A DNA stretch of 24,000 nucleotides. It comes from Hyphomicrobiales bacterium. Its GTDB lineage: Bacteria > Pseudomonadota > Alphaproteobacteria > Rhizobiales > Phreatobacteraceae. Under the pieces are notes generated by a model, which did not search any database, was not told where the DNA came from, and saw only the letters and a program-made list of their open reading frames with translations. The DNA lies in assembly GCA_017304475.1 (NCBI GenBank), contig JAFKKV010000015.1:229428-253427 (forward strand), written 5' to 3'. The position numbers and the translations under genes are program-made. Below, one piece after another: positions 1 to 10,204 of this stretch (its first letter is position 1; each line of letters opens with the position of its first letter).

Positions 1-23
1 GTAACGCCAGCGCGGATGACCCG

Positions 24-740
24 GTGACTTCGCAAGCCCATTCCCGAAATGCCCATGCCCGGAATTGTCCGTGTCCTTGCCGCCGGTTCGCCGCGGCCCT
101 GCGTTTCGGGCGCATGTCGCGGTCCGCCGGGGCACCTCTCTTCGCCGATGGCGGGGCAGGGTCGGCGCTACCCGACACGCCGGCCGCGCGGGCGGCCGAG
201 ACCTATCTGGCGGAGCTGTCCTCGGCCGTCATGATCCGGCATTGCAAGCGCAGCTACCTGTTCGGCAAGGCGCTGGCGGACAAGGCCGGGGCGAAACCCG
301 ACCTGGAAGCGCTTTATGTCGGCTGCCTGCTGCATGATCTCGGGCTGGAGCCGGTCTTCGCCGGACCGGAGGATTACGAGACGATCGGAGCGCGCGAGGC
401 CGGCCGGTTCCTGAGCGCACGGGGCGATGACCGGCTGGCGCGCCAGGTTTCGGCCGCGATCGATGTCCACACCTCCCTTGAAAGCGCCAGGGATCCGCGC
501 CCGGAAGTCGCCTTTCTCAGCATGGGCGTGCTGGTCGACGTCACCGGCACGCGCATCGACGACATCGCGCCGAAGCTCGTTCAGCAGGTCGTCGCCGACT
601 ATCCGCGCGACGGCACCAAGGCGCTGATCGGCGCGCTGCTCAGGCGAGAAATCGAGGCCAAGCCACAGTCGCGCATCGGCCGGTTGCAGGCGCGGGCCGG
701 CGTGCTCGATCTCGTCGCCAACGCGCCGTTTCCGGCCTGA
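24..740 (+). CDS. HD-domain (metal-dependent phosphohydrolase-like) protein
   Basis: ORF carries an HD motif (CLLHDLGL) in a roughly 200-aa helical-looking protein with balanced composition. The listed start at 24 is GTG; an in-frame ATG at 114 (MSRSAGAPL...) is an equally plausible start. Confidence 0.6.
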   Translation: MTSQAHSRNAHARNCPCPCRRFAAALRFGRMSRSAGAPLFADGGAGSALPDTPAARAAETYLAELSSAVMIRHCKRSYLFGKALADKAGAKPDLEALYVGCLLHDLGLEPVFAGPEDYETIGAREAGRFLSARGDDRLARQVSAAIDVHTSLESARDPRPEVAFLSMGVLVDVTGTRIDDIAPKLVQQVVADYPRDGTKALIGALLRREIEAKPQSRIGRLQARAGVLDLVANAPFPA

Positions 741-788
741 GCGCCGGCGATCCACGAACCATTCATCGCCACAGACGAGGACAAGGCC

Positions 789-1628
789 ATGCCGACCGCC
801 GCCCGCGCCATGCACGAAGACGACCCGCTGGATGATTTCGATCCGCGCGAGATCACCCTGGACGGCGTCACCAAGGTCGTCCATGTCGCCGGCACCGGGC
901 CGGCCGTGATCGTCATGACCGAAATGCCCGGCATCAGCCCGCATGTGGCGCGCTTCAGCCGCTGGGTCCGCGATGCCGGCTTCACCGTCTACATGCCTTC
1001 GCTCTTCGGCCTGGACGGCGTGGTGCGCACGGCGGAGGACGGCGCCGCGGTGTTCAAGCGGGCCTGTGTCAGCGCCGAGTTCCGTGCCTTTGCCGGCGCC
1101 GGGTCGAGCCCGGTGACGCTCTGGCTGCGGGCCCTGGCGCGGCTCGCCCATGCCGAATGCGGCGGCCCGGGCGTCGGCGCCATCGGCATGTGCTTCACCG
1201 GCAATTTCGCGCTCACCATGATGCTGGAACCGGCGGTGCTGGCGCCGGTCCTGTCCCAGCCCTCGCTGCCGCTGGACGATCCCGCCGGGACCGGCATTGC
1301 CAATGAGGAATTCCGTGCGGTGCGCGAGCGCCTGGAACGCGAGGACCTCACCGTGCTCGCCTATCGCTTCGAAGGCGACCAGTTCTGCCGGGCGCAACGC
1401 TTCGCGGCTTTCTCGGCGGCGCTTGGCGACCGGTTCATGCCGCGCGTCTTGCCCGACAGCGCCGCCAACCCCGACACCGCGCCGTTCTTCCAGCGCCACG
1501 TCGCATGTCCGCACAGCGTGGTGACCGCGCACCTGATCGACGAAGCCGGCCAGCCGACGATCGCCGCGCGCGACGAGATCCTGGCTTTCTTCGCGCACAG
1601 GCTCGCGCCGGAACGGCGCCGGGGCTGA
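789..1628 (+). CDS. dienelactone hydrolase family protein (alpha/beta hydrolase)
   Basis: 279-aa ORF with the DLH-like layout: a beta-strand/loop VIVMTEMPGISPHV early on, then a nucleophile-elbow-like IGMCFTGNFAL (compare the G-x-C-x-G-G of DLH). High GC3 in this frame. Convergent hairpin downstream. Confidence 0.7.
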   Translation: MPTAARAMHEDDPLDDFDPREITLDGVTKVVHVAGTGPAVIVMTEMPGISPHVARFSRWVRDAGFTVYMPSLFGLDGVVRTAEDGAAVFKRACVSAEFRAFAGAGSSPVTLWLRALARLAHAECGGPGVGAIGMCFTGNFALTMMLEPAVLAPVLSQPSLPLDDPAGTGIANEEFRAVRERLEREDLTVLAYRFEGDQFCRAQRFAAFSAALGDRFMPRVLPDSAANPDTAPFFQRHVACPHSVVTAHLIDEAGQPTIAARDEILAFFAHRLAPERRRG

Positions 1629-1647
1629 CGGCCTCATGCGAAACCGG

Positions 1648-1672
1648 GGCGGGCGCGTCGCGAGCGCCCGCC
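1648..1672. terminator. GC-rich hairpin between convergent genes (possible bidirectional terminator)
   Basis: ggcgggcgc (1648-1656) pairs perfectly with gcgcccgcc (1664-1672) around a 7-nt loop. It lies between the stop of the + gene (1628) and the stop of the - gene (1688). There is no strong U-tract, so intrinsic-terminator status is uncertain. Confidence 0.45.
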
Positions 1673-1687
1673 TGAATTCTCCTGACG

Positions 1688-3556
1688 TCAGAACGAAATC
1701 CTGATGCCGCCCGATCCTTGGAAGTCGTCGCCACCCCGCCGCCCCACGGTCCGGGACAGAGTGGCGGACAAGGCAACATTGGCGTTGATGGCGGCGGAAA
1801 AACCGCCGGCGACGCGTCCATAGATGGACCTCGGGGCGCCCGGAATCGTCCAGGCATTGACGATGAGCGGCGCCGAGTTCGCCTGATAGGCGATGATGCG
1901 CCCATTGCCGAGGAGATCGTGTTCGGCAGTCAGGTTCAGATAGGGCGTGATGATCCGGTCGTCGTGCCGGAGGCTGGTGCGGAATTGCGCGCCGAGGCTG
2001 CCGACGAGAGCCTGGGCCACTTGCGGGCCGACCTTCAAGGTCAGCACGGGATCGCCAAACTCGGAATAACCGTTCACCCGGGCCCAGGCATAGGTCAGGC
2101 CGCCGATGGGGCCAGCCTGCACCGGGCCGATGTCGAAGAGGTAGCCGAGCTTGCCGGCTGCCATCGCTGTTGTTCCATCCGGCCGCGAGGAGAGCGTATC
2201 GACCACGCCGGGGCGTGTGTTGCGCGAGTCCTGGCGTCCGATGGTGGCGAGCCCCTGGGCGAAGAAGTTCGCGTCGGCCCAGGCGCCGTAGAGGCCGAAT
2301 TGATAGGAATTGACGTCCAGGGTGCCGGCCCCGTCGCGCAGCCGAGCCTTGGGATTGGCGTAGTCGAAGGCGGCTCCGACAAAGGCGTTGGCGCTGATGC
2401 GATATTCGAGGCCGAGCGTGCCGCCGGCACTGTCGAACCGATAACCGGCCGATGTGGCCGAACGCGACCGTTCGCCGATGGCGCCATTGGCCTGCATGTA
2501 GAATGACCAGGGGCTGGGGATGGGCGTGCGCCCGAATGCCGCCGGTGCCGGCGAGCCGGTAGGAGAACGGGGCGAGGGCGCAAGGACCGAGGCCTCACGG
2601 AACAGGTCGAGCCTGCCGAACAGCGTCGAGGCGAAGCCCATCGCCGTGCTCAGCACCAGATCGCCTTGTGGCGCGAATGTGAGGGGAGCATTGAGCCGGT
2701 TGACGAGATAGGCGGCGAAGATGGCAAAGCCGCGCGATGTCGGATGCACGCCGTCGAAATAGTAGAGATATTGGTTCTGCAGCGCGGGATCCCCGACGCA
2801 GGCGACCGGGCAAACGCCGACATTGGCGATGCCGTAGAGCGCGGGCGACGCCTTGATCTGGCGGACGATCATCGCGGTGTCGATCAATTCGACGCGGACA
2901 CCGGTCTGGGCGACGGCTGCGAGACCCGCCTGCATCAGGCCGTTATAGTCTCGGCTATAGGCGGTGCCGATGGCCGCCAATGGCGTCCCCGCCGATGCCG
3001 GCGCGGCGCCGGTATCGCCTGTCGTGACGACGAATGTTCGTGCGCCGGCACCCACCAGCGCATTGACGCCGGCCAGCGCCTGGTTGGCGCTGATCGCGGC
3101 GGCGGCGGGAACGCCGGCAAGCGTACCGCCACCCTGGTAGAAGACGCGGACGTCGTTGCCGCCGATATTGAGCGTGACGAGGTCGGTCGGCGCGATCCTC
3201 TGCCCGGCGACGAAACCTTGCCACTGCTGCGCGAAGCCGGGGATGCCGGGCAGGGCCAGATTGATCGAGCCCGTCGTGGCGCCGCCGATCGCGTGGCTGA
3301 CCAGCGGAATGCCCAGCAGCTGCGCCGTCGTGTCGACGTAATTGGTGCCGCCGCTGAACCGCCCGGTGGGATATTGGGGCAGGTTCGGCAGGCCGAGGAG
3401 CCTGAAGAAATTGCCGGTATCGGCCCAGCTGTCGCCGAAGGCGACGACCCTGGTGAACGCGCTCTGGGCGCTCGCTTGCCCGGCGGCCGCGAGCAGTGCC
3501 GCGCCCCCCAGCAGCGCCCCACCGCAGATCAATCCAATGCGTATAGTCCTGTTCAT
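1688..3556 (-). CDS. GDSL/SGNH lipase-esterase autotransporter (EstA-like, type Va secretion)
   Basis: Trimmed from the 645-aa ORF to the ATG at 3556 (MNRTIRIGLICGGALLGGAALLAAAGQASAQ, a signal peptide), which is preceded by GGGAGGG. GDSL block I is VVAFGDSWADTGN. The C-terminal roughly 270 aa has alternating beta-barrel-like sequence ending in ...GGIRISF with a terminal aromatic residue, typical of an autotransporter barrel. Confidence 0.88.
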   Translation of the reverse strand: MNRTIRIGLICGGALLGGAALLAAAGQASAQSAFTRVVAFGDSWADTGNFFRLLGLPNLPQYPTGRFSGGTNYVDTTAQLLGIPLVSHAIGGATTGSINLALPGIPGFAQQWQGFVAGQRIAPTDLVTLNIGGNDVRVFYQGGGTLAGVPAAAAISANQALAGVNALVGAGARTFVVTTGDTGAAPASAGTPLAAIGTAYSRDYNGLMQAGLAAVAQTGVRVELIDTAMIVRQIKASPALYGIANVGVCPVACVGDPALQNQYLYYFDGVHPTSRGFAIFAAYLVNRLNAPLTFAPQGDLVLSTAMGFASTLFGRLDLFREASVLAPSPRSPTGSPAPAAFGRTPIPSPWSFYMQANGAIGERSRSATSAGYRFDSAGGTLGLEYRISANAFVGAAFDYANPKARLRDGAGTLDVNSYQFGLYGAWADANFFAQGLATIGRQDSRNTRPGVVDTLSSRPDGTTAMAAGKLGYLFDIGPVQAGPIGGLTYAWARVNGYSEFGDPVLTLKVGPQVAQALVGSLGAQFRTSLRHDDRIITPYLNLTAEHDLLGNGRIIAYQANSAPLIVNAWTIPGAPRSIYGRVAGGFSAAINANVALSATLSRTVGRRGGDDFQGSGGIRISF

Positions 3557-3751
3557 TGCGTCGCCCTCCCGGTTGTTGGTTTTGGTGTCGTCAGGTCGCG
3601 CGGGCGCGAGCCGCGGCTTTCGCACGCGGCGCCCATGCGGTGGTTGGGGCCGGCGCGCCCGGCGAGGGGCGGCGGCGCGCCGGGCGGCATAGGCCCGGCC
3701 TCTCCGTGCTCGCGCCGCGTGATCGCGCCGCCGTTCGGCTCTTTCGTGCTT

Positions 3752-3773
3752 ATCAATCAGCCGACTGATTGAT
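3752..3773. promoter_or_regulatory. dyad-symmetric operator-like site ATCAATCAG-N4-CTGATTGAT
   Basis: Perfect 9-nt inverted arms read directly from the sequence. Same core as the sites at 12430-12445 and 12561-12580. Lies 196 nt upstream of the autotransporter ATG (3556) and 141 nt downstream of the formamidase stop (3914). Confidence 0.55.
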
Positions 3774-3913
3774 GATTGGGCCGTGCCGTTTCGCCTGGTG
3801 CGCCCTCGGGATCTGCGGGGGTCTTCGCCCGCTTGTGAATGAAGGGGGATTGTCCTGCCGGCGGGGCGATCAGCGGGTGGGGACCGCGCCCTGTGCCGCT
3901 GGTCCGGCGCTGG

Positions 3914-4870
3914 TCATGCGATGAGGGTCTTGAGCAGCAGTCCGTGCACGCCCTTCTCGCCGTTCACCGCTTGGGTGACGCGAAAATCGACGCATAGCGA
4001 GCAGAGCTGGTAGGCATGGGCGGGCGACAGACCGGTGCGATCGCCGATGAAAATGATCATCTCCCGCAGCGCCTGTTTCAGGGCCTGGTCGAGATCCTCG
4101 CCGAAGCCCATGCTGATGAAATGGCTGGGGGTTTCGGCCCTGGGAAAGCGCAGGCGGGGGTCACGCGGCCCGCCGCCCTTGTGAAGGGTCAAGGTGAGCC
4201 GGCCGGTGAGGCACATCTCCAGTGCGGTCACCGACACCTCGCCGTCGCCCTGCAAGCCATGCCCGTCACCGGCCGAGAACAGGCCGCCCTCGGCGTGAAC
4301 CGGCAGGAACAGCGTGCTTCCGGCGACCAGTTCCTTGTTGTCGAGATTGCCGCCGTGACGGCGCGGCTCCTTTGACGAGATCCGGCCGTAGGAGGGCGGC
4401 GGCGCCACGCCCATGACCCCGAAGAACGGCGCCGTCGGCAGGGCCATGCCCCAGGGCAGCCGGGCCAAACCCCTTTCGCGGTCCACGGCGACATGCGTCA
4501 GGACCATTTCGGGGAAGTCGTCCGGCAATGTCCCGGCCAGCGGGCGGATATAGGTGTAGCCCCAGTCCGATCCGAGGTCGACGGCGTCGATGCCGACCTC
4601 CAGCATGTCGCCAGGGGCCGCGCCGGCGATCCCGATCGGCCCGGTCAGGATGTGCGGAGCGAGCGAGGGCAGGCCGGCGTCGAGAACATGCCGGAGCGCG
4701 GCGGGAACCGTCATTCCCAGACCGGCCGGCGGCAGCAGCGAGGCCTTCCCGGAGACGGTCTCCAGGATGACGGTGTCGCCCGACGACACCGTCAGGATGG
4801 GCGGAAATTCGCAATCGAACATGCCGATGCGGACAGTGTCGGGCGTCGCCGCCACGCGATGCAAAGCCAA
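3914..4870 (-). CDS. acetamidase/formamidase family protein (FmdA/AmdA-like)
   Basis: 318-aa ORF. The N-terminus (...TVRIGMFDCEFPPILTVSSGDTVILETVS...) and overall pattern resemble the acetamidase/formamidase family. TTG start at 4870 is preceded by a strong RBS GGAAGGAGG (4876-4884, minus strand) with 5-nt spacing. Last gene of the minus-strand operon. Confidence 0.75.
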   Translation of the reverse strand: MALHRVAATPDTVRIGMFDCEFPPILTVSSGDTVILETVSGKASLLPPAGLGMTVPAALRHVLDAGLPSLAPHILTGPIGIAGAAPGDMLEVGIDAVDLGSDWGYTYIRPLAGTLPDDFPEMVLTHVAVDRERGLARLPWGMALPTAPFFGVMGVAPPPSYGRISSKEPRRHGGNLDNKELVAGSTLFLPVHAEGGLFSAGDGHGLQGDGEVSVTALEMCLTGRLTLTLHKGGGPRDPRLRFPRAETPSHFISMGFGEDLDQALKQALREMIIFIGDRTGLSPAHAYQLCSLCVDFRVTQAVNGEKGVHGLLLKTLIA

Positions 4871-4903
4871 GATCGCCTCCTTCCAGCGCGATATCGGGAT
4901 CGG

Positions 4904-5911
4904 TCATGAAAGCCTGGGCCGGCCGCCGGTCGCGGCATCCGAGTCGTCGTCCAGATGACAGGCCGACACATGCCCGGGGCCGACCGGCCGCAATGCCGGC
5001 TCGTCGATCCGGCAGCGGCCGACGGCCAGGGGGCAGCGCGTGTGAAAGCTGCAGCCCTTGGGCGGATTGATCGGGCTCGGCACGTCGCCGCTCAGGATGA
5101 TGCGCTGGCCTCCGGCCGCGCGTGGCCCCACGAGCGGCGCGGCCGACAGCAGCGCCTTCGTGTAGGGATGCCGCGGCGCCGCGAACAGGGCGCTGCGGGG
5201 CGCCAGTTCGACGATCTTTCCCAGATACATCACGGCGACCCGATGGGCCATGTGCTCGACGATCGCCAGGTCGTGGCTGATGAACAGCAAAGCGAGCCCG
5301 AGCTCCTCTTGCAGGTCCTGCAGCAGATTGACGATCTGCGCCTTGACCGAGACATCCAGGGCCGAGACGGCCTCGTCGCAGACGATCAGGTCGGGCTCGG
5401 CCGACAGGGCCCGGGCTATGCCGATGCGCTGCCGCTGGCCGCCGCTGAATTCGTGCGGCCATCGCTCGGCGGAGCCGCGCGGCAGCCGGACCTTGTCCAG
5501 AACCTCGGCCACCCGGCGATCGATGTCCTCACGCCGCAGGTCTGGCCAGAAGTTCCGGATCGGTTCGGCCACGATCTCGCGGACCTTGAGACGCGGGTTG
5601 AGCGAGGAGAAAGGGTCCTGGAAGACCACCTGCAGCCGCTTGCGCACCGGGCGAAAGGCCGCGGGGCCGAGATTGTCGATGCGCCCGCCGTCGAGGCTCA
5701 CCTGGCCGGCGGTGACGGGGAGCAGGCCGAGCACGGCCCGGCCGACCGTGGACTTGCCGCAGCCGCTCTCGCCGACCAGCGACAGGGTCTCGCCCCGTTC
5801 GATCGCGAAGGAGACGCCGTCGACGGCGCGCAGGCGGGCGGGGCGGCCGAGCCCGGTCCGGACCGGATAATACTTTTTCAGGCCTTCGACAGACAGCAGA
5901 GGCTGGGTCAT
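4904..5911 (-). CDS. oligopeptide/dipeptide-type ABC transporter ATP-binding protein (DppF/OppF-like)
   Basis: Walker [10 protein letters not shown], signature LSGGQRQR-like ([15 protein letters not shown]), Walker [13 protein letters not shown] and the C-terminal oligopeptide-ABC extension. Start trimmed to the ATG at 5911 ([15 protein letters not shown]), which overlaps the upstream stop as ATGA. Confidence 0.9.
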   Translation of the reverse strand: MTQPLLSVEGLKKYYPVRTGLGRPARLRAVDGVSFAIERGETLSLVGESGCGKSTVGRAVLGLLPVTAGQVSLDGGRIDNLGPAAFRPVRKRLQVVFQDPFSSLNPRLKVREIVAEPIRNFWPDLRREDIDRRVAEVLDKVRLPRGSAERWPHEFSGGQRQRIGIARALSAEPDLIVCDEAVSALDVSVKAQIVNLLQDLQEELGLALLFISHDLAIVEHMAHRVAVMYLGKIVELAPRSALFAAPRHPYTKALLSAAPLVGPRAAGGQRIILSGDVPSPINPPKGCSFHTRCPLAVGRCRIDEPALRPVGPGHVSACHLDDDSDAATGGRPRLS

Positions 5912-6918
5912 GCCGCCACCTCCACGTTTGCCGGGGCATAGTGACAGGCGGCCAGATGGCCCGCGGCCTTCGCCGCGAGCCGTGGCGCGACGTTGCGGCA
6001 GAGATCGGTTGCCGAGCGGCACCGGCCGGCAAAGGCGCAGCCCTGGATCTTCTCCTTGAGGCTCGGGACCGTTCCGGGAATCTCGGCGAGGCGTCCGCCG
6101 GAGCCTGCCCGACTGGCGCCGAGCGCGGGAACCGCGCCGAGCAGCCCCTGCGTATAGGGATGCCTGGGTGTGCCGAAGAGGTCGGTGGTCGCCGCCGCCT
6201 CGACCACCTGGCCGGCATACATGACGAGCACCCGCTCGGCGACTTCCCAGACCACGCCGAGATCATGGGTGATCAGGATGATCGCGGTCCCGATCCGCTG
6301 CTTGAGATCGCGCATCAGCTCCAGGATCTGCGCCTGGATCGTCACGTCGAGCGCCGTGGTCGGCTCGTCGGCGATCAGAAGCTTGGGGTCGCAGGCCAGG
6401 GCCATGGCGATCATTACCCGCTGGCACATTCCGCCGGAGAGCTCGTGCGGGTACTGGCCGATGCGCCGGCGCGGCTCCGGAATGCCCACCATGGCCAGCA
6501 TCTCGATCGCCCGGTCCTGTGCCGGGCCGCCCCGCAGGCCCTGGTGAAGGCGCAGGGTTTCGCTGATCTGCCGCCCGACCGTCAGGACCGGGTTCAGGCT
6601 CGACATGGGATCCTGGAAGATCATGCTGATCGCATTGCCGCGAATGGTCCGCATCTCCGCCTCGGACAAGGTGAGCAGCTCGCGGCCCTGGAAACGAATG
6701 CTTCCGCCAAGGCGCGCCGGGGGCTCCGGCAGAAGCCGCAGCATCGACATCGCGGTGACCGACTTGCCGCTGCCGCTTTCGCCGACGATGGCGAGGGTTT
6801 CGCCGGCATCCACGTGGAAGCTCAGGCCGTTCACGGCGCGGGCCACCCCGTCCGGCGTCAGGAAATGCGCCTGCAGGTCTTCGACCGCCAGCAAGGGCGC
6901 GTCATCGTGTTTCGTCAT
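5908..6918 (-). CDS. oligopeptide/dipeptide-type ABC transporter ATP-binding protein (DppD/OppD-like)
   Basis: Walker [10 protein letters not shown], signature [15 protein letters not shown], Walker [14 protein letters not shown]-loop ITHDL. Confidence 0.9.
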   Translation of the reverse strand: MTKHDDAPLLAVEDLQAHFLTPDGVARAVNGLSFHVDAGETLAIVGESGSGKSVTAMSMLRLLPEPPARLGGSIRFQGRELLTLSEAEMRTIRGNAISMIFQDPMSSLNPVLTVGRQISETLRLHQGLRGGPAQDRAIEMLAMVGIPEPRRRIGQYPHELSGGMCQRVMIAMALACDPKLLIADEPTTALDVTIQAQILELMRDLKQRIGTAIILITHDLGVVWEVAERVLVMYAGQVVEAAATTDLFGTPRHPYTQGLLGAVPALGASRAGSGGRLAEIPGTVPSLKEKIQGCAFAGRCRSATDLCRNVAPRLAAKAAGHLAACHYAPANVEVAA

Positions 6919-6922
6919 GATG

Positions 6923-7849
6923 TCAGGCCTTTCTGCTCATGCGCGGATCGAGCAGATCCCGCACGCCGTCGCCGAGCAGGTTCATCGCAAGGACGGTGAT
7001 GCAGAGAAAAAGGGCAGGGAACAGCACGAGATGAGGCTTGACCTGCCAGATGCCGCGCCCCTCCGCCATGATATTGCCCCAGGACGGAATGCTGGACGGG
7101 GTTCCCGCGCCCAGGAAGGACAGTGCCGCCTCGATGAGAATGGCGCTGGCGCAGATGAAGGTCGCCTGGACGGTCAGCGGACCGACGACATTGGGCAGGA
7201 TGTGGCGCATGATGATGGTCGGCGTGCGGGTGCCGCAGGCGATGGCGGCTTCCACATAGGGCTGCTCGCGGATCGCCAGGACGGCGCCGCGCACGACGCG
7301 CGAAACCCGCGGTATTTCGGTCACCGTGATCGCCAGGATGACATTCTCGATGCTGGCGCGGGTCAGCGCCATCAGCGCGATGGCCAGCAGGATCGGCGGC
7401 ACAGCCATCATGCCGTCCATGACCCGCATCAGGACATTGTCGGCCCAGCGGACATAGCCGGCGACCAATCCGACCGCCAATCCGATGCCGCAGGCCAGCA
7501 GCGCGACGGAAAAACCGACGATGAGCGAGACGCGCGCGCCGAACAGGACGCGCGAATAGACGTCGCGCCCCAGCATGTCGGTGCCGAACCAGAACTGCGC
7601 CGAAGGGTCCTGCTTGCGCAGCACGGGCGCGACCGAGGCCGGATCCTTGGTCATGAGGCCGGGCGCGAAGATCGCGATCAGCACCATGGCGAGCAGCATG
7701 AGGCCGCCGACGATCATGGTCGGATGGCGCCGGACCAGGCCATGCAGGCCGCGGGGCAGGCGGATCTCGGGAAAGAGCTCTGGAAGCTGTCTTGCGGCGA
7801 CCGCGCCTGCGCGGTGGGCCACAGCTTGATCTGCGCGATAAGCGGTCAA
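6923..7849 (-). CDS. ABC transporter permease (DppC/OppC-like)
   Basis: Multi-pass hydrophobic protein with the BPD-transport EAA-like loop (...[23 protein letters not shown]...). The start at 7849 overlaps the upstream permease stop by 4 nt. Confidence 0.88.
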   Translation of the reverse strand: MTAYRADQAVAHRAGAVAARQLPELFPEIRLPRGLHGLVRRHPTMIVGGLMLLAMVLIAIFAPGLMTKDPASVAPVLRKQDPSAQFWFGTDMLGRDVYSRVLFGARVSLIVGFSVALLACGIGLAVGLVAGYVRWADNVLMRVMDGMMAVPPILLAIALMALTRASIENVILAITVTEIPRVSRVVRGAVLAIREQPYVEAAIACGTRTPTIIMRHILPNVVGPLTVQATFICASAILIEAALSFLGAGTPSSIPSWGNIMAEGRGIWQVKPHLVLFPALFLCITVLAMNLLGDGVRDLLDPRMSRKA

Positions 7850-8787
7850 TACCGAACCCTCGGATCAATCAGGATGTAGGCGAGGTCAATCAGCAGATTG
7901 ACGAAGACATAGGTGAACGAGAAAAACAGCACGACGCCCTGGATGACCGGATAGTCGCGCCGGAGAATGGCGTCGGCGGTCAGCCGGCCGAGGCCCGGTA
8001 TGGCGAAGACGCTTTCGGTCACGACGGCGCCGCTGACCAGCAGCGCCATGCCGATACCGACCACCGTGACGATCGGGACCGCGGCATTCTTCAAGGCGTG
8101 GATATAGAGAATGCTGGTCCGGCCGAGGCCCTTTGCCTTCGCGGTCCGGATGTAACCTTGCTGGAGAACCTCGAGCAGCGTCGCCCGTGTGGTGCGGGCG
8201 ATGATGGCGACATAGACGCCGCTCAAGGCCAGCGATGGCATCAGCAGGCCCTGCAGCCAGCCGCCGACGCCCTCCGACAGGGGCGTGTAGCCTTGAACCG
8301 GCAGCAGGCCGAGCTGCAGGCCGACGCTGTAGGCGAGCAGGTAGCCGAGCACGAAGCCGGGTATGGAGAAGCCGAACACTGCCGTCGTCATGACGATGCG
8401 GTCGATCCAGGTACCGGCCCGGGCGGCAGCCGCGATGCCGAGCGGCACGCCGATCGTCACTGCCACGACCAGCGTCACGATCATCAGGGACAGGGTCGGC
8501 TCGACGCGTTCCGCCAGCAGGGCGGCGACCGGCAGGTTGGTGAAGATCGAGCGTCCGAGATCGCCCTGCAGAATGCGCCAGGCCCAGTCCGCGAACTGGA
8601 CGAGGAACGGCTGGTCCAGCCCGAGGGAGACGCGGATACGGTCCAGCTCCGCAGGACTTGCATGATCGCCCGCGACCAGAACCGCGGGATCGCCCGGGGC
8701 GATATAGAGCAGGCTGAAGACCATGAGCGCGACCACGGCCATGACCGGGATGGTCGACAGGATCCGACGGATCAGGAAGAGAGGCAT
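7846..8787 (-). CDS. ABC transporter permease (DppB/OppB-like)
   Basis: Trimmed from the 547-aa ORF to the ATG at 8787 (MPLFLIRRILSTIPVMAVVALMVFSLLYIAPGDP, the classic DppB N-terminus). The upstream 234 aa of that ORF are Arg/Pro/Gly-rich and overlap the amidase gene out of frame. Confidence 0.9.
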   Translation of the reverse strand: MPLFLIRRILSTIPVMAVVALMVFSLLYIAPGDPAVLVAGDHASPAELDRIRVSLGLDQPFLVQFADWAWRILQGDLGRSIFTNLPVAALLAERVEPTLSLMIVTLVVAVTIGVPLGIAAAARAGTWIDRIVMTTAVFGFSIPGFVLGYLLAYSVGLQLGLLPVQGYTPLSEGVGGWLQGLLMPSLALSGVYVAIIARTTRATLLEVLQQGYIRTAKAKGLGRTSILYIHALKNAAVPIVTVVGIGMALLVSGAVVTESVFAIPGLGRLTADAILRRDYPVIQGVVLFFSFTYVFVNLLIDLAYILIDPRVRY

Positions 8788-10196
8788 GGCGAGCCTCCGG
8801 TGTCGGCGATCAAAGGCGGGTGTCTCGCGCTCAGGCCGAGCGATTGCTCCAGTGCCCCGGACACCATGAGCAGGCGCTGTTCCGAAAACCACGGACCGAC
8901 CAGTTGCAGGCCGACCGGCAGGCCGGCGGCGGTGAACCCGGCCGGCGTGGAAAGAGCGGGATGGCCGGTCAGGTTGAAGGGGTGCAGCGCGGCGGCCCAT
9001 TGCGGATAGGAACCCGGATAGGCGGGATCGATCGAGTCCAGCCGGGGGGCCGGTGTAGTCACCGTCGGCATGGCCAGGACGTCGTAGCGCTGCAGCAATC
9101 CTTGCACCGCACGAAACAGCGTGGTGCGCCGATCGCTGGCGGCCATGAAGTCGAGGGCCGACCATCCGCGGCCCTGGACGATGCCGGCGCGAAGCGTCGC
9201 GGTCATCCTGTCGCCGGCGGCATCGAAGATGTGGCCATAACGCCGGGCGCGGACCGTGCTCGCCAGCGTCGCATAGATGGAATAGAGGCCATCGAAACAG
9301 GCCTCCTTCACCTCTTCGACAGCCGCGCCAAGGGCCGACAAGCGCGACATCGCGGCTTGCGTCAGGGCCAGCACTTCGGTTTCGGTGCGATACTCGCCGA
9401 AATGGGCGATCCAGCCGACCCGCAGGCCGCGGATCGACATCCGTTCCGGCTCGACGGGCGCCGCGAGCGCGAACGGATCGGCCGGACAAGGCCCTTGCAT
9501 GACCGAGAGCAGCAGCGCGACATCATCCGTGACCCGCGCCATCGGGCCGACATAGGCGAAATTGCCGAAACTATCAGGCGCGGCCTCGTTCGGGATCCGC
9601 CCGAGCGTCGGCTTGAGGCCGAGAACCCCGGTCCAGGCCGCGGGGCAGCGGATGGATCCGCCGCCATCGGTTGCGACCGCGAGAGGAGCCAGCCCGGCGG
9701 CGAGCGCCGCGCCGGCGCCGCCGCTGGACCCGCCCGGGGAGTGCTCCCGGTTCCAGGGATTGAGGGTCACGCCGTCGGCCAGGTTCTCGGTCAGCATCTT
9801 ATGAGCGAATTCCGGCAGCGTGGTCTTACCGATGACGATGGCACCGGCGGCCTTGACCCGGCCGACCGCCAGCGCATCCGTCGCCGGCACGACGGCTTCG
9901 GCGGCGATCGATCCGTTGCGGAGCGGCACTCCGGCAAGGCTGACATTGTCCTTGACGGTGATCGGCACGCCATGAAGCGGGCCGAGCTCCTTGCCGGACA
10001 TGACCTCCGCTTCGGCGAGGCGCGCCGCGGCGCGCGCCTCGTCGGGCATGAGCAGGGCGAAGGCGTTGAGCGAGGGATTGAGCCGCGCGATACGCGCCAG
10101 CACGGCTTCCGTCACCTCGACCGGCGACAGCTGGCGCGACGCGATCAGGGCGGCCATTCGCGTGGCCGGCATGTCGCAGAGTTCGTCCCGGTTCAT
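8772..10196 (-). CDS. amidase (amidase-signature family, GatA-like fold)
   Basis: The AS signature GGSSGG and the downstream ...ATDGGGSIRCPAA... are present. Start trimmed to the ATG at 10196 (MNRDELCDMPATRMAALI...), 9 nt after the upstream cupin stop. Confidence 0.88.
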   Translation of the reverse strand: MNRDELCDMPATRMAALIASRQLSPVEVTEAVLARIARLNPSLNAFALLMPDEARAAARLAEAEVMSGKELGPLHGVPITVKDNVSLAGVPLRNGSIAAEAVVPATDALAVGRVKAAGAIVIGKTTLPEFAHKMLTENLADGVTLNPWNREHSPGGSSGGAGAALAAGLAPLAVATDGGGSIRCPAAWTGVLGLKPTLGRIPNEAAPDSFGNFAYVGPMARVTDDVALLLSVMQGPCPADPFALAAPVEPERMSIRGLRVGWIAHFGEYRTETEVLALTQAAMSRLSALGAAVEEVKEACFDGLYSIYATLASTVRARRYGHIFDAAGDRMTATLRAGIVQGRGWSALDFMAASDRRTTLFRAVQGLLQRYDVLAMPTVTTPAPRLDSIDPAYPGSYPQWAAALHPFNLTGHPALSTPAGFTAAGLPVGLQLVGPWFSEQRLLMVSGALEQSLGLSARHPPLIADTGGSPCLSS

Positions 10197-10204
10197 GGGA
10201 TGCC

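Noticed and set aside
168-1637. 489-aa minus-strand ORF covering the HD and dienelactone hydrolase genes
   Set aside because: Antisense shadow ORF with Arg/Gly/Ala-rich low-complexity sequence. The + strand genes carry HD and DLH-type motifs.
3814-3832. Possible terminator hairpin (gcggg...cccgc) downstream of the formamidase gene; likewise a 6-bp stem at about 22169-22195 after the 1221-aa gene
   Set aside because: The stems are only 5-6 bp with large loops and no U-tract on the relevant strand, which is too weak to call.
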